Shown one piece after another: positions 23,095 through 35,697 of a DNA stretch of 64,000 nucleotides. Source of the stretch: Macrostomum lignano (Eukaryota); assembly GCA_002269645.1 (NCBI GenBank), contig NIVC01001379.1, positions 186,001-250,000 of the forward strand, in the 5' to 3' direction. Position 1 is the stretch's first letter. Every line of letters begins with the position of its first letter. Made by a program: the position numbers and the translations under genes. The notes under the pieces are model-generated. The model was not told the origin of the DNA. It saw only the letters and a list, made by a program, of their open reading frames with translations, and did no database searches.

Positions 23095-23985
23095 AGAAGA
23101 GTGAGGGAGAAGGAGAGGGAGATGGAAAGGGAGAGGGAGAGGGAGAAGGAGAGGGAGAGGGAGAAGGAGAGGGAGAAGGAGAAGGAGAAGGAGAAGAAGA
23201 GGGAGAAGGAGAGAAGGAGAGGGAGAAGAAGAGGGAGAAAGGGAGGGAGGAGAGGGAGAAGGGGAGGGAGAAGGAGAGGGAGAAGGGGAGGGAGAAGGGG
23301 AGGGAGAAGGAGAGGGAGAAGGAGAGGGAGGAGAGGGAGAAGAAGAGGGAGAAGGAGAGGGAGAAGGAGAGGGAGAAGGAGAGGGAGAAGGAGAAGGAGA
23401 GGGAGAAGGAGGGGGAGGAGGGGAGGGAGGAGAGGGAGAAGGAGAGGGAGGAGAGGGAGAAGAAGAGGGAGAAAAAGAGGGAGAAGAAGAGGGAGGAGGG
23501 GAGGAGAAGGAGAAGAAGGAGAATGAGAGGAGGAAGGAGAGGGAGAAAGGGATGGAGGAGAGGGAGGAGACGGAGGAGAGGGAGAAGAAGATGGAGAGGG
23601 AGGAGAGGGAGAAGATGGAGAGGGAGGAGAGGGAGAGGATGGAGAGGATGGAGAGGGAGGAGAGGGAGAGGATGGAGAGGATGGAGAGGGAGGAGAGGGA
23701 GAAGATGGAGAGGGAGGAGAGTGAGAAGATGGAGAGGGAGGAGAGGGAGAAGATGGAGAGGGAGGAAAGGGAGAAGAAGATGGAGAGGGAGGAGAGGGAG
23801 AAGAAGATGGAGAGGGAGGAGAGGGAGAAGAAGAGGGAGAAGAAGAGGGAGGAGGGGAGGAGAAGGAGAAGAAGGAGAATGAGAGGAGGAAGGAGAGGGA
23901 GAAAGGGATGGAGGAGAGGGAGGAGACGGAGGAGAGGGAGAAGGTGGAGAGGGAGGAGAGGGAGATGAGTCCAGGAGAAGGGAGC
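23095..23985. repeat. GA-rich low-complexity tract
   Basis: (GAGGGAGAAG)-type units with a duplicated block (~23500-23590 and ~23860-23950). Confidence 0.9.
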
Positions 23986-24764
23986 TGGGAGGGTTCAAAC
24001 GATATTAGAGGCGACAAAGCGGCAAGTAGTGGAAAGCTGAGCTGAGAACATGACCCTGTGTATTTATTTAAGCTAAGTCCATATAAGCCGCGGCATTAGA
24101 TGGATAACAGAGGAACTCAACTCACCCAAGATATACACTCGTTATACTAATAAATTAGTATGCACGTCCTCGACAATATATATATGCACATATAATTCAA
24201 ATACGAGCTACCTATAGATCCGGACTAGCAATCTTGTGCCCTTGTTCACTACTCACTGACTGACTGTATAAACTTGAACTAAACTTATCAAATCTGCCGT
24301 CTTATCTTATAAAATAAAATGACTGCACACTGCAGTGTGTAACATGCAATATACACGCGCCCCAGCACGCCGCTGAACTGTTTAGCATTGACTCAGGGGG
24401 GGGGGGGCGCCTTCTCCCCCTCCATGGACTGCAGTAACTACATACAGCATAGTCCCAGTCAGCCACTGACACACTAGCATTCCCACTCTCTCTCTGCCAT
24501 CCCGCAGCCCCGCCAGTGTGCTGCACTTGTAATTATATCACCGCACACTGCACAACTGCCTTCCACCAGCCGTGTGTACGCTCGGTTCGACCGAACTGAG
24601 TGAGCCGCGAGGTTCGCTCGAACTTTGCATGCAGTTCGGCGGGGCAAGATAGCAAAATTGCAATCGCGAGTGTGAGGACACTTTGCTAGGCAGCCCCGCT
24701 TTTGGCAATGGGGGAATGGAATGGCGAGTTTCCAGGGGGGAATCCTTCGCACTTAATGTGATCC

Positions 24765-26040
24765 CTCCCTCCTGCCCCGTCTGTCCGTCTCTCCGCGTCT
24801 GTCCGTTTCTTCCCGTCTGTTCCTGTCTCTCCCCGTCTGTCCGTCTCTCCCCGTCTGTTTCTGTCTCTCCCCGTCTGTTCCTGTCTCTCCCCGTCTGTTC
24901 CTGTCTCTCCCCGTCTGTTCCTGTCTCTCCCCGTCTGTTCCTGTCTCTCCCCGTCTGTTCCTGTCTCTCCCCGTCTGTCCCTGTCTCTCCCCGCCTGTTC
25001 CTGTCTCTCCGCGTCTGTCCGTTTCTTCCCGTCTGTTCCTGTCTCTCCCCGCCTGTTCCTGTCTCTCCCCATCTGTTCCTGTCTCTCCGCGTCTGTCCGT
25101 TTCTTCCCGTCTGTTCCTGTCTCTCCCCATCTGTTCCTGTCTCTCCGCGTCTGTCCGTTTCTCTCTCCAACTGTTCCTGTCTCTCCCAGTCTGTTCCTGT
25201 CTCTCCCCGTCTGTCCCTGTCTCCCCGTCTGTCCGTTTCTTCTCGTCTGTTCCTATCACTCCCCGTCTGTTCCTGTCTCTCCCTGTCTGTCCGTTTCTTC
25301 CCGTCTGTTCCTGTCTCTTCCCGTCTGTTCCTGTCTCTCCCCGTCTGTCCGTCTCTCCCCGTCTGTTCCTGTCTCTCTCCATCTGTTCCTGTCTCTCCCC
25401 GTCTGTTCCTGTCTCTCCCCGGCTGTTCCTGTCTCTCCCCATCTGTTCCTGTCTCTCCCAGTCTGTCCCTGTCTCTCCCCGTCTGTCCCTGTCTCTCCCA
25501 GTCTGTTCCTGTCTCTCCCCGTCTGTTCCTGTCTCTCCCCGTCTGTTCCTGTCTCTCCCCGTCTGTCCCTGTCTCTCCCCGTCTGTTCCTGTCTCTCCCC
25601 GTCTGTTCCTGTCTCTCCCCGTCTGTTCCTGTCTCTCCCCGTCTGTTCCTGTCTCTCCCCGTCTGTTCCTGTCTCTCCCCGTCTGTCCTGTCTCTCCCCG
25701 TCTGTTCCTGTCTCTCCCCGTCTGTTCCTGTCTCTCCCCGTCTGTTCCTGTCTCTCCCCGTCTGTTCCTGTCTCTCCCCGTCTGTCCCTGTCTCTCCCCG
25801 TCTGTTCCTGTCTCTCCCCGTCTGTTCCTGTCTCTCCCCGTCTGTCCCTGTCTCTCCCCGTCTGTCCCTGTCTCTCCCCGTCTGTCCCTGTCTCTCCCCG
25901 TCTGTCCCTGTCTGTTCTTGTCTGTCCCTCTCTGTCCCTGTCTCCCCTTATCCCTCTTATCCCTCTCTGTCTCTCCCTATCTGAGTCTGTCTGACTCTGA
26001 CTGTCTCCCTGTCTGTCCCATTCCCCGTCTCTTCACGTCT
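24765..26040. repeat. 20-bp CT-rich minisatellite
   Basis: (ccccgtctgttcctgtctct)n; explains the 433-aa ORF 24683..25984. Confidence 0.9.
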
Positions 26041-26899
26041 GTGTCCTATAGTCCCAGGAACATAGGTAAGTTGTTTTCTATGATTTTTAAAAAACGTCTT
26101 GAGCTCTCACTGTTACCGAATAGCAAAAACAAAAGAGTAAAGACTTGATGCTTTTCCAACTATACGCTCGTAGAACCCTCAGACAACTATTTAGCTACAA
26201 GTGTAAGGCTCGTATGTCTCAAGGAACAGTGCAGGCACACTAAAATGCCTGTGATCTCAGTCGCTGTCCCTCTCTGGAACACGCCCGGCGCGGATTTGGC
26301 TTACCAGAAAATGTATCCAGAAGCTGCATGTTGCAGGGGCTGCTAATCTTATAGAAAAAACGACTTATTTAGTCAATAAATTCTTGCTGTGTTTTTCTCT
26401 TCGAAAAATACTATATTATATATTCGAGAAATGAAAGCACTTTTCTATATTAATATCCAGGCGAATTATGGGATAACAAAGCGGGCTCAACCTCAAATGG
26501 CAGTGGCTGTTGGACTGCTTAAGGGGAGAAGGCAAGGAGCCAAGGAGGGATGCCCTGGTTTTGAGGGATCCTGTGGGGGATTTTTATAAAGTCTGCGAGT
26601 GGGAAATCGGGAAAAATACAGAGAGAGTGGAGATGGCGGTGGGGGGAGAGGGGGAACTTCTTGCACAGGGGAGTGGGGAATGAGCGAAGGGATGAAAGCG
26701 AGCGGTGGGTAGGGGTGGGGGCACACGCACGGGCTGGGTGGCCATTGGAGGGGGCACGAAGGGGGGGGGCGGTTCCCCTGCGCACTGCCGGGCACACAGG
26801 GGTGCGAGCCTCTCGGACAGGCGCACGGAGGGGGCAGGGAAATGAGAAAGAAGGGCGAGACGAGGCGAGAGAGCAGCCGAAAAGGAGAGAGAAAAGGAT

Positions 26900-29800
26900 G
26901 AAACTGGGCGATGACGCAGTGATGGAATTCGCTGCATGACTCTCTGACGGGGGCACCCGGTTCAGTCGATTTTGATAATCGAGAATGATTGCCTGAGCTT
27001 GAGCGATTCGAGATCTTGCGGCATCTTTTGGTGATGTCTGGGATAGGATCTGGGATTTATTGGAATAGCTGGACCGTGGGAACATGTGCATTTCTGGGAT
27101 ATCGGGATCTGGGATATCGGGATCTGGGATATCGGGATCTGGGATATCGGGATCTGGGATATCGGGATCTGGGATATCGGGATCTGGGATATCGGGATCT
27201 GGGATATCGGGATCTGGGATATCGTGATCTGGGATATCGGGATCTGGGATATCGGGATCTGGGATATCGGGATCTGGGATATCGGGATCTGGGATATCGG
27301 GATCTGGGATATCGGGATCTGGGATATCGGGATCTGGGATATCGGGATCTGGGATATCGGGATCTGGGATATCGGGATCTGGGATTGTGGATATATTACG
27401 AAGTATCTTTACTATCTACCTGTATTTTTCATCCCTATAAAGCCTATACAATGCTGTAGTTTAGAAAATTTGATCAACAAAACGAAAATAAACAAATACG
27501 AGTGCACTTTTTCGAGGGATTCGTGAGGAAGGGAGGGGGTAGAAAATTTCTGGTTGCCGGGGGCTGCTCAGCTCTCCCCACAACCGGGAGTGAATTGAAG
27601 CGTGCAAGGCCCGAAGACGCCAACGTTAATGAGCACCTACTGCTCGAGTGTGAACAGGAATGAGCGAGTGCTCGCAATGCTGACTGACCAATGCTTAATT
27701 AAGGTGGGTGAAAAGGGTTGTACCTTGCACGGCTTGCATGGTCATTGCAGGATTGCATTGCTCGATTCTGCGTCAGAAAATGCGGTCGCAGTCACAGCTT
27801 GTGAAACAGTAGTCACGTCTCACCCTTTCCAAAACATTTCATCATGACTACTAGGAGCTACGTTCTCTCCTTTCTTGGCGCCGCACTTCCCACAAACTTA
27901 GCGCCTCAATTTCCTCCAACTTGGCGCCTCACTTTCCTCCAACTTGGCGCCTCACTTTCCTCCGACTTGGCGCCTCACTTTCCATAAATTTGCGAATCAC
28001 TTTCTCCATAAATTGGCGCCTCACTTTCCACCAACTTGGCGCCTCACTTTCCTCCAACTTGGCGCCTCACTTTCCTCCAACTTGTCGCCTCACTTTCCTC
28101 CAACTCAGCGCCTTACTTTCCTCCAACTCAGCGCCTCACTTTCCTCCAATTCGGCGCCTCACTTTCCTTCAACTTGGCGCCTCGCTTTTCTCCAACTTAG
28201 CGCCTCACTTTTCTCAAACTCAGCGCCTCACTTTCCTCCAACTCGGCGCCTCACTTTCCTCCAACTCGGCACCTCACTTTCCCTCCAACTTAGCGCCTCA
28301 CTTTTCTCAAACTCAGCGCCTCACTTTTCTCAAACTCAGCGCCTCACTGTCCCAAAACTTGGCGCCTTGCTTTCTCATAACTTGGCGCCTTACTGTCCCA
28401 TAACTTGGCGCCTCACTGTCCCATAACTTGGCGCCTCACTTTCCTAAAACTTGGCGCCCCGCTTTCTCATAACTTGGCGCCTCACTTTCCCATAACTTGG
28501 CGCCTTACTGTCCCATAACTTGGCGCCTCACTGTCCCATAACTTGGCGCCTTACTGTCCCATAACTTGGCGCCTCACTGTCCCATAACTTGGCGCCTTAC
28601 TGTCCCATAACTTGGCGCCCCGCTTTCTCATAACTTGGCGCCTTACTGTCCCATAACTTGGCGCCTCACTTTCCTAAAACTTGGCGCCCCGCTTTCTCAT
28701 AACTTGGCGCCTCACTTTCCCATAACTTGGCGCCTTACTGTCCCACAACTTGGCGCCTCACTGTCCCATAACTTGGCGCCTCACTGTCCCATAACTTGGC
28801 GTCTCACTGTCCCATAACTTGGCGCCTTACTGTCCCATAACTTGGCGCCTCACTTTCCTAAAACTTGGCGCCCCGCTTTCTCATAACTTGGCGCCTCACT
28901 GTCCCATAACTTGGCGCCTTACTGTCCCATAACTTGGCGCCTCACTGTCCCATAACTTGGCGCCTCACTGTCCCATAACTTGGCGCCTCACTTTCCTAAA
29001 ACTTGGCGCCCCGCTTTCTCATAACTTGGCGCCTCACTTTCCTAAAACTTGGCGCCTTACTGTCCCATAACTTGGCGCCTCACTGTCCCATAACTTGGCG
29101 CCTTACTGTCCCATAACTTGGCGCCTTACTGTCCCATAACTTGGCGCCTCACTTTCCTAAAACTTGGCGCCCCGCTTTCTCATAACTTGGCGCCTCACTT
29201 TCCCATAACTTGGCGCCTTACTGTCCCATAACTTGGCGCCTTACTGTCCCATAACTTGGCGCCTCACTTTCCTAAAACTTGGCGCCCCGCTTTCTCATAA
29301 CTTGGCGCCTCACTTTCCCATAACTTGGCGCCTTACTGTCCCATAACTTGGCGCCTCACTGTCCCATAACTTGGCGCCTTACTGTCCCATAACTTGGCGT
29401 CTCACTGTCCCATAACTTGGCGCCTTACTGTCCCATAACTTGGCGCCTCACTTTCCTAAAACTTGGCGCCCCGCTTTCTCATAACTTGGCGCCTCACTGT
29501 CCCATAACTTGGCGCCTTACTGTCCTATAACTTGGCGCCTCACTGTCCCATAACTTGGCGCCTCACTGTCCCATAACTTGGCGCCTCACTGTCCCATAAC
29601 TTGGCGCCTCACCTATTAGAAACTTGGCAACTGTCTTCATTAGCGTTTTAACTCTGCTTTAATAAATCTCGGCAGCAGAGAAAGCAGATAAAACCGCAAT
29701 GGTCTACGCGGATCCACTTAACAGATCGGCATGAAAAGAAAAAAATCCAAGTAAAAACTGTCGCATGCAGGCGCAGTATTCAGCTACAGCTATAGTGCTC

Positions 29801-32800
29801 AATGTGCGCAATTTACCCACTAAACTGTATATATTATTCTCAACAGCCCGAGTCAATGAAGACCCTGTGCGTCACTTGACCAAAAATTAGAACAGGGCGG
29901 CAACGAGTAGTAAAGATCTTCGGGAATTTCCTTTAACGCTCACCGCGGAGCTTACCTGTTTATTGCTACCCGTAATTTTAATTTTAGTCAACATCTATGA
30001 ATAATCAGTTGGTACCGCGTGCTGAGGAATCAGTGAGGCGCAGCAATAGATATTCCAAGGAGTTGATCTCTCTTGCGAATAAACAAAGGTACAACTAAAG
30101 TGTCCAAGGCCAAAAGTAAAGTGCTAGCCTGCACGAGAGAAAGAGAGAGTGACAGTGACTGACAGACAGAGACAGAGACAGAGACAGAGACAGACAGAGG
30201 CGGTTTACAGAGATAGACAGACAGAGACAGTTTACAGGGGTAGACAGACAGACAGACGGAGAGAGTTGCAGCTGAGAGAGCTGAAACAGATGGAGCGCAT
30301 AGGGAGCTAACGAGGTAAATTAGAGAATAAAAAATTCCTAAAAATATTTTTACAATCCTAAATAAAACTTAAAAACTTTGCAAAACCCTAAAAATTGGGT
30401 GCACGACAATTGACTGCCACAATTTGACTGCCACAATTTGACTGCGGTCAATTTGACTGCCGAGAAATTTGACTGCCGACAAAATGACTGCGGACAATTT
30501 GACTGCCGAGCAATTTGACTGCCGACAAAATGACTGCCAACAATTTGACTGCGGTCAATTTGACTGCCGAGAAATTTGACTGCCGACAAAATGACTGCGG
30601 ACAATTTGACTGCCGAGAAATTTGACTGCCGACAAAATGACTGCGGACAAAATGACTGCCAACAATTTGACTGCGGTCAATTTGACTGCGGACAATTTGA
30701 CTGCCGAGCAATTTGACTGCCGACAAAATGACTGCGGACAAAATGACTGCCAACAATTTGACTGCCAACAATTTGACTGCCAACAAAATGACTGCCGACA
30801 AAATGACTGCCAACAATTTGACTGCGGTCAATTTGACTGCGGACAATTTGACTGCCGAGCAATTTGACTGCCGACAAAATGACTGCGGACAAAATGACTG
30901 CCAACAATTTGACTGCCAACAATTTGACTGCCAACAATTTGACTGCCAACAAAATGACTGCCGACAAAATGACTGCCAACAATTTGACTGCCAACAATTT
31001 GACTGCCAACAATTTGACTGCCAACTGCTGCCGACAAAATGACTGCCAACAATTTGACTGCCGACAATATGACTGCGGCAATTTGACTGCCGACAATATG
31101 ACTGCGGCAATTTGACTGCCAACAAAATGACTGCCGACAAAATGACTGCCAACAATTTGACTGCCGACAAAATGACTGCGGCAATTTGACTGCCGAAATT
31201 TGACTGCCGACAATATGACTGCGGCAATTTGACTGCCAGCAAAAAGACTGCGGCAATTTGACTGCCGAGCAATTTGACTGCCAGCAAAATGACTGCGGCA
31301 ATTTGACTGCCGACAAAATGACTGCCGAGCAATTTGACTGCCAGCGAAATGACTGCCGGAAAAATGATGCTCCCAAAGTTTAGCACTCTGTTTTTAAGTC
31401 TATGCATGTAGTGAAATATTGTATTTACGAGCTAGAATGATGCAGAACAGAACACATAACCTTTATACAAGCTGTAACGGCTGTTGAAACCCTCGGATTT
31501 TGAACAGTGGGAAATGGGAATTCTAATCTTAGGAACTATTTTGCATATATTCTAAAATCTGAGTTTAAACTCAAGCAAAAACTTTTATTATTAGTTAGGA
31601 ATTAGGATAGAGTTAAACATAACATAGATTACATTCGTGGAAAATAAGGATTGGAGGCAAACTATTGATATTGTTGGCTGGGGTGCGGCGCAGAATGTCA
31701 GAAAAACTCTGGCCTCTACCTCTGCCTCTCGATCCCTATGTCCCTTGCATCCTTTGAACCTTCTATCTTTCTTCTGTTTTCTCACTTCTCTCTCGTCTCT
31801 GCTCTCTCATCTCCCCTCTCTTATCTGTCATCGACTCATCTTACTCTTATACTCGCATGTTCTCTCACCTCTCTCCTGTGTACTCTTCTCTTCCCCTCTT
31901 TCCTTTCTCCTTTCTTCCCTTTTCTTTTCTTCTCTTCTATACTCTCTCCCTCTCTTGTCTTCTCTCATCTCTCATCTCTCCTTTCATCTCTCTCATTTCT
32001 ACTCTCTCATTGAGTCTCATCTCTCCTTTCATCTCCACTATCTCATCTCTACAATCTCACCTTTCCCCTGTCTTCTTTCTCAACTTCTCTCTCATCTCTC
32101 TCTCCTCTTTTGCATAACGAGAATGCGCCTAGCAAGCTTTTCAATTTCATTCGTCAATATAAAGCTGTGCACAACTAGGCTAAGCTTTTGGTTTTGGTGT
32201 TTGGGGTTGCCAACTTGGGGGTTTGGAGTCAAAAAATGAAAGTAGAGGGTGATCAGTGGAGCCCACAAGTTTAGGTGGCGAGCAAACTCATAAAACTCCA
32301 TTGTGAGAGAGAGAGGGGGGGTTTAAAGTGGCGAACATTGAGGGACTGGGGGAGAGAGGAGGAGGGGTGGCCTCTTGTTTTCTATATTAATTTTATGGGC
32401 TTATTATCGATTTACATGCATGTATATAGATATAGATTCACTAATTGTGACTTGGCATATCTGGTATGCCCTAGCATTGCCTACTAGTCTAGACTCTACT
32501 ATTAAGGTGATGATTTCCACATTTAAAGGTTCTTTCTTTCTCCTATGTCATATTAATCTCATATATTGGATGGAATCTTCCAGATTTAAAAGCAATACCA
32601 TAGACTCGTACTATACAATCTATTAGTAGCCTAATAGACTAATATTTAGTATATTTGGATTAATCAGTCAAAAGCTAAAGTTAATGGTAAGCTAGCTCTA
32701 TAAAGAGCACTCTGCTCAACAAACCACAGCTATGTATAGATGATCCGTTTGAACATTCGTCATAACACATGCATGTATTGCTGAAAGGCAAATGTAGCTT

Positions 32801-34520
32801 GCATCATTACTCGTAAAGAACGAATTTTTAGTCCTGCGTAAATATGATCAATACATATATAAAGAGGATGTACGTGTAGTATTTGAGGCAGTCATATTGC
32901 TCGGCAGTCATTTTGTTGGCAGTCATTTTGTCGGCAGTCTAATTGTTGGCAGTCATTTTGTCGGCAGTCAAATTGCCACAGTCATTTTATCGGCAGTCAA
33001 ATTGCTCGGCAGTCAAATTGCCGCAGTCTTTTTGCTGGCAGTCAAATTGCCGCAGTCATATTGTCGGCAGTCAAATTGCCGCAGTCATATTGTCGGCAGT
33101 CAAATTGTTGACAGTCATTTTGTCGGCAGTCATTTTGTTGGCAGTCAAATTGTTGGCAGTCATTTTGTCGGCAGTCATTTTGTTGGCAGTCAAATTGTCG
33201 GCAGTCAAATTGTTGGCAGTCATTTTGTCCGCAGTCATTTTGTCGGCAGTCAAATTGCTCGGCAGTCAAATTGTCCGCAGTCAAATTGTGGCAGTCAAAT
33301 TGTGGCAGTCAAATTGCCGCAGTCATATTGTCGGCAGTCAAATTGTTGGCAGTCATTTTGTCGGCAGTCATTTTGTTGGCAGTCAAATTGTTGGCAGTCA
33401 TTTTGTCCGCAGTCATTTTGTCGTCAGTCAAATTTCTCGGCAGTCAAATTGTCCGCAGTCAAATTGTGGCAGTCAAATTGTGGCAGTCAAATTGTTGGCA
33501 GTCAAATTGTTGGCAGTCAAATTGTCCGCAGTCAAATTGTCCGCAGTCAAATTGTGGCAGTCAATTGTCGTAGACCCCTAAAAATTACAACCCGAACACC
33601 CCAAGGGGTTACTGCTTTTGATAGAAGGCGGACCCAATGTTCATCTTCTGATATCTTGCCTAATAGTTCTGCTGCAACTTCCAACCCATACTCGTGCACT
33701 CGTGTACTGTCAGTCTGTCACCCTTTTGTTGACAAAATCGTAAAAATAGAGATTCTACAAAGTTTGAATAGAGCCAGCCGCCGTAAGCTGTTTCTAGACG
33801 AAAAAAGCCCACTTTCAGCTTTAAAATAGGCTCGTATAATAACAAGCGAGTCACATGAAAATACGATAATAAAAAAATATGCCCGTGTTTTTCTGCACAG
33901 TTTTGTTATTCTGCATCTTTTCTATAAAATGCCTGTTATGCCATTCGGGGTCACGTCTAGTTCTAGTCAGGACCACAGGGCTTGGGTGAGACACTAGGTG
34001 CTCGTTTATAATCGAGTTTTGACGAGTAGTTACGGCATAAACAGCACTCAAGATTTGATAAGGACGGGAACCGCGGATTGAAAGTTTGAGAGTAATATTT
34101 ACCACGATTTTCTTTCCCAGAAAACGCAGGAAATCAAAACTTTCAAAAAGTGTTTTTTCCACGTGAGTTTGAAGATTAAGAAAGAAGCTCCACAGCTTTT
34201 TGATTTTGCTCATTGCACTGTATTTGTGCAGTTTAAATAATAACGGGCTAGGAGAAGACTCGGTACCCGGTACTCAGTCACTCACCTGCGCTGCAACTGC
34301 AATGCTGGGAATCCGCTGAATAAAAAGATCTCAATAGAAGTAATATATTATAATTTTAAGCGTATTTATTAGTACGTTAAAACTGATTCAATTTGAATAA
34401 AAAAACGCAAGCGAAGTCCAATATAAATAAATAGCGACTTTATCTGGCCGCGGAGTCCAACTGAAGATTGTAATTGGCTGCCGTAACTGCTGCAATAGGC
34501 CTCTGTAGCTATGTACACAC
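26900..34520 (-). CDS. candidate unidentified multi-exon gene (small exons)
   Basis: Possible exons: ~34.52-34.44 kb (ECVHSYRGLLQQLRQPITIFSWTPRPDK); 34315-34286 (TTATTCAG|RIPSIAVAAQ|GTGAGT); 33714-33600 (TDSTRVHEYGLEVAAELLGKISEDEHWVRLLSKAVTPW); ~30.07-30.02 kb (EINSLEYLLLRLTDSSAR); ~27.77-27.58 kb; ~27.04-26.96 kb (TSPKDAARSRIAQAQAIILDYQNRLNR). The first four are phase-compatible, but some splice sites are weak and no family is recognised. Confidence 0.3.
27095..27385. repeat. near-perfect 15-bp minisatellite (gggatatcgggatct)n
   Basis: About 19 units, with one visible substitution at ~27225. Confidence 0.95.
27895..29612. repeat. 23-bp minisatellite with a variant gradient and higher-order blocks
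   Basis: aacttggcgcctcactttcctcc changes to aacttggcgcctcactgtcccat after ~28350. Confidence 0.9.
30397..33577. mobile_element. Mutator/Foldback-type element with minisatellite arms, 9-bp TSD
   Basis: CTAAAAATT|gggtgcacgacaattgactgccac ... gtggcagtcaattgtcgtagaccc|CTAAAAATT; arms 30404-31365 (aatttgactgccgac)n and 32885-33570 (inverted); non-coding CT-rich centre. Confidence 0.9.
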
Positions 34521-35229
34521 TCTGCTGAATGTGCATGCTTTTCTAGCCCAGATAATATTACTGGCGATTTTCGCGCCCCTGGCTTTGGCAATATTAATTT
34601 CACCGAACAAAACACGAAGTGAATAACTCACGAGCTATAATAAGAAAATCGCGCGCGTCGGCTCTTATGCGCTATCTTAGCACACCCCCCCCCCCACCAA
34701 ACTAAATTGCCTCTGCGCAAGAGTGAGGGTGGCGGGCGGTGTGCGGAATGACTCGAATGAGTGAGTGTACACTTTTTTAAAATTCAACCGCGGGTCAACG
34801 CAAAACGCGGCCACTAGCCAATGTGTTATTAAAGTAAGGGTTAGCAAATACCACTTTGGGAATGGAAAACCTTGTAGCTAAACTAAAATTGAGATCAAAC
34901 AATCGCGACCGCCACTAAAAGCCTTGGCTGATTTGTTTAAAATTATTTTAATCAATAGTTTTAAATATGCACGCGCTATGTAATCTGGGAGAGTCGTATT
35001 TAAAAATGCGCTAAATTGCCCATTTGCACCAATGTACAGCTGGCGCCCCCTCTGTACCTGTGCAAACCAATCGGCTCTGGCGCTGAAAGGTACAACCACT
35101 AGGCCTCGTCCCTTAGACTCTTTCCGCCTCTGGATGGTGCGGTAGCTGACGTTGCGACCAAGATCCCATTACCTATAGACTCCGGGCCCGGGTTGTTTGA
35201 AGGTACACGCCAGAGGTGCGGCCGCCACC

Positions 35230-35697
35230 AGTCACCTGTGCAAGAGTATACACCCGGTAAAATCTCCCACTAACGAGACGGAACTCCCGGTCTGCAACAG
35301 TTCTTGACCCCACCTGTAACCTGTACTAGAAAGGGCCGATTAATGGGCTCTATGCGAGGCTTACAAGGACAGTCCAGTCAGTGCTGGAAACGATTCGACT
35401 TTTGCATGGGGGATCTTTGAGCTGGTGAGCAGTTTTAGACTACGATTCCCTCCTAAGCCCCGGGATTCCAAGTGTGGATAATAGATAACGCCATATTAAT
35501 ATCTTTCCTCCTAGATGGGTTCGATGCAGCAGGAGATGGGGAAGTGCAGGTCTCTGAGCTCAGAGCTGCACATCCTATGGGGACTTATTTAGAAGTATTG
35601 TTATACTGCTATGATCATTTGGTTAAATTCGGTTCATACTCGGTGATCTTCCACTCTGATCCTCAGCTTCTAGTCCATGCACTGCGACACGCGCACT
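35230..35697 (+). repeat. unclassified dispersed repeat, 5' part (continues at 42733-42890 after the insertion)
   Basis: Homologous to 14235-14810 on the opposite strand. Confidence 0.75.

Noticed and set aside
24302-24752. Cys-rich ORFs (CAVCGDII...H..GC; DYAVCSYC) suggesting a zinc finger
   Set aside because: The motif halves are in different frames with no supporting splice sites; could be chance.
22989-26040. Long ORFs of 300-430 aa (22989..24017, 23057..23998, 24683..25984)
   Set aside because: They are translations of GA-rich and 20-bp CT-rich repeats that lack stop codons; open in several frames, no splice or domain evidence.
27095-29612. Regular short direct repeats resembling CRISPR arrays
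   Set aside because: Units abut with no unique spacers, there are no cas genes, and the DNA is eukaryotic; these are minisatellites.
30448-33829. ORFs 30448..31407 and 32897..33829 inside the Foldback element as a possible transposase
   Set aside because: They translate the 15-bp array; no DDE or other motif.
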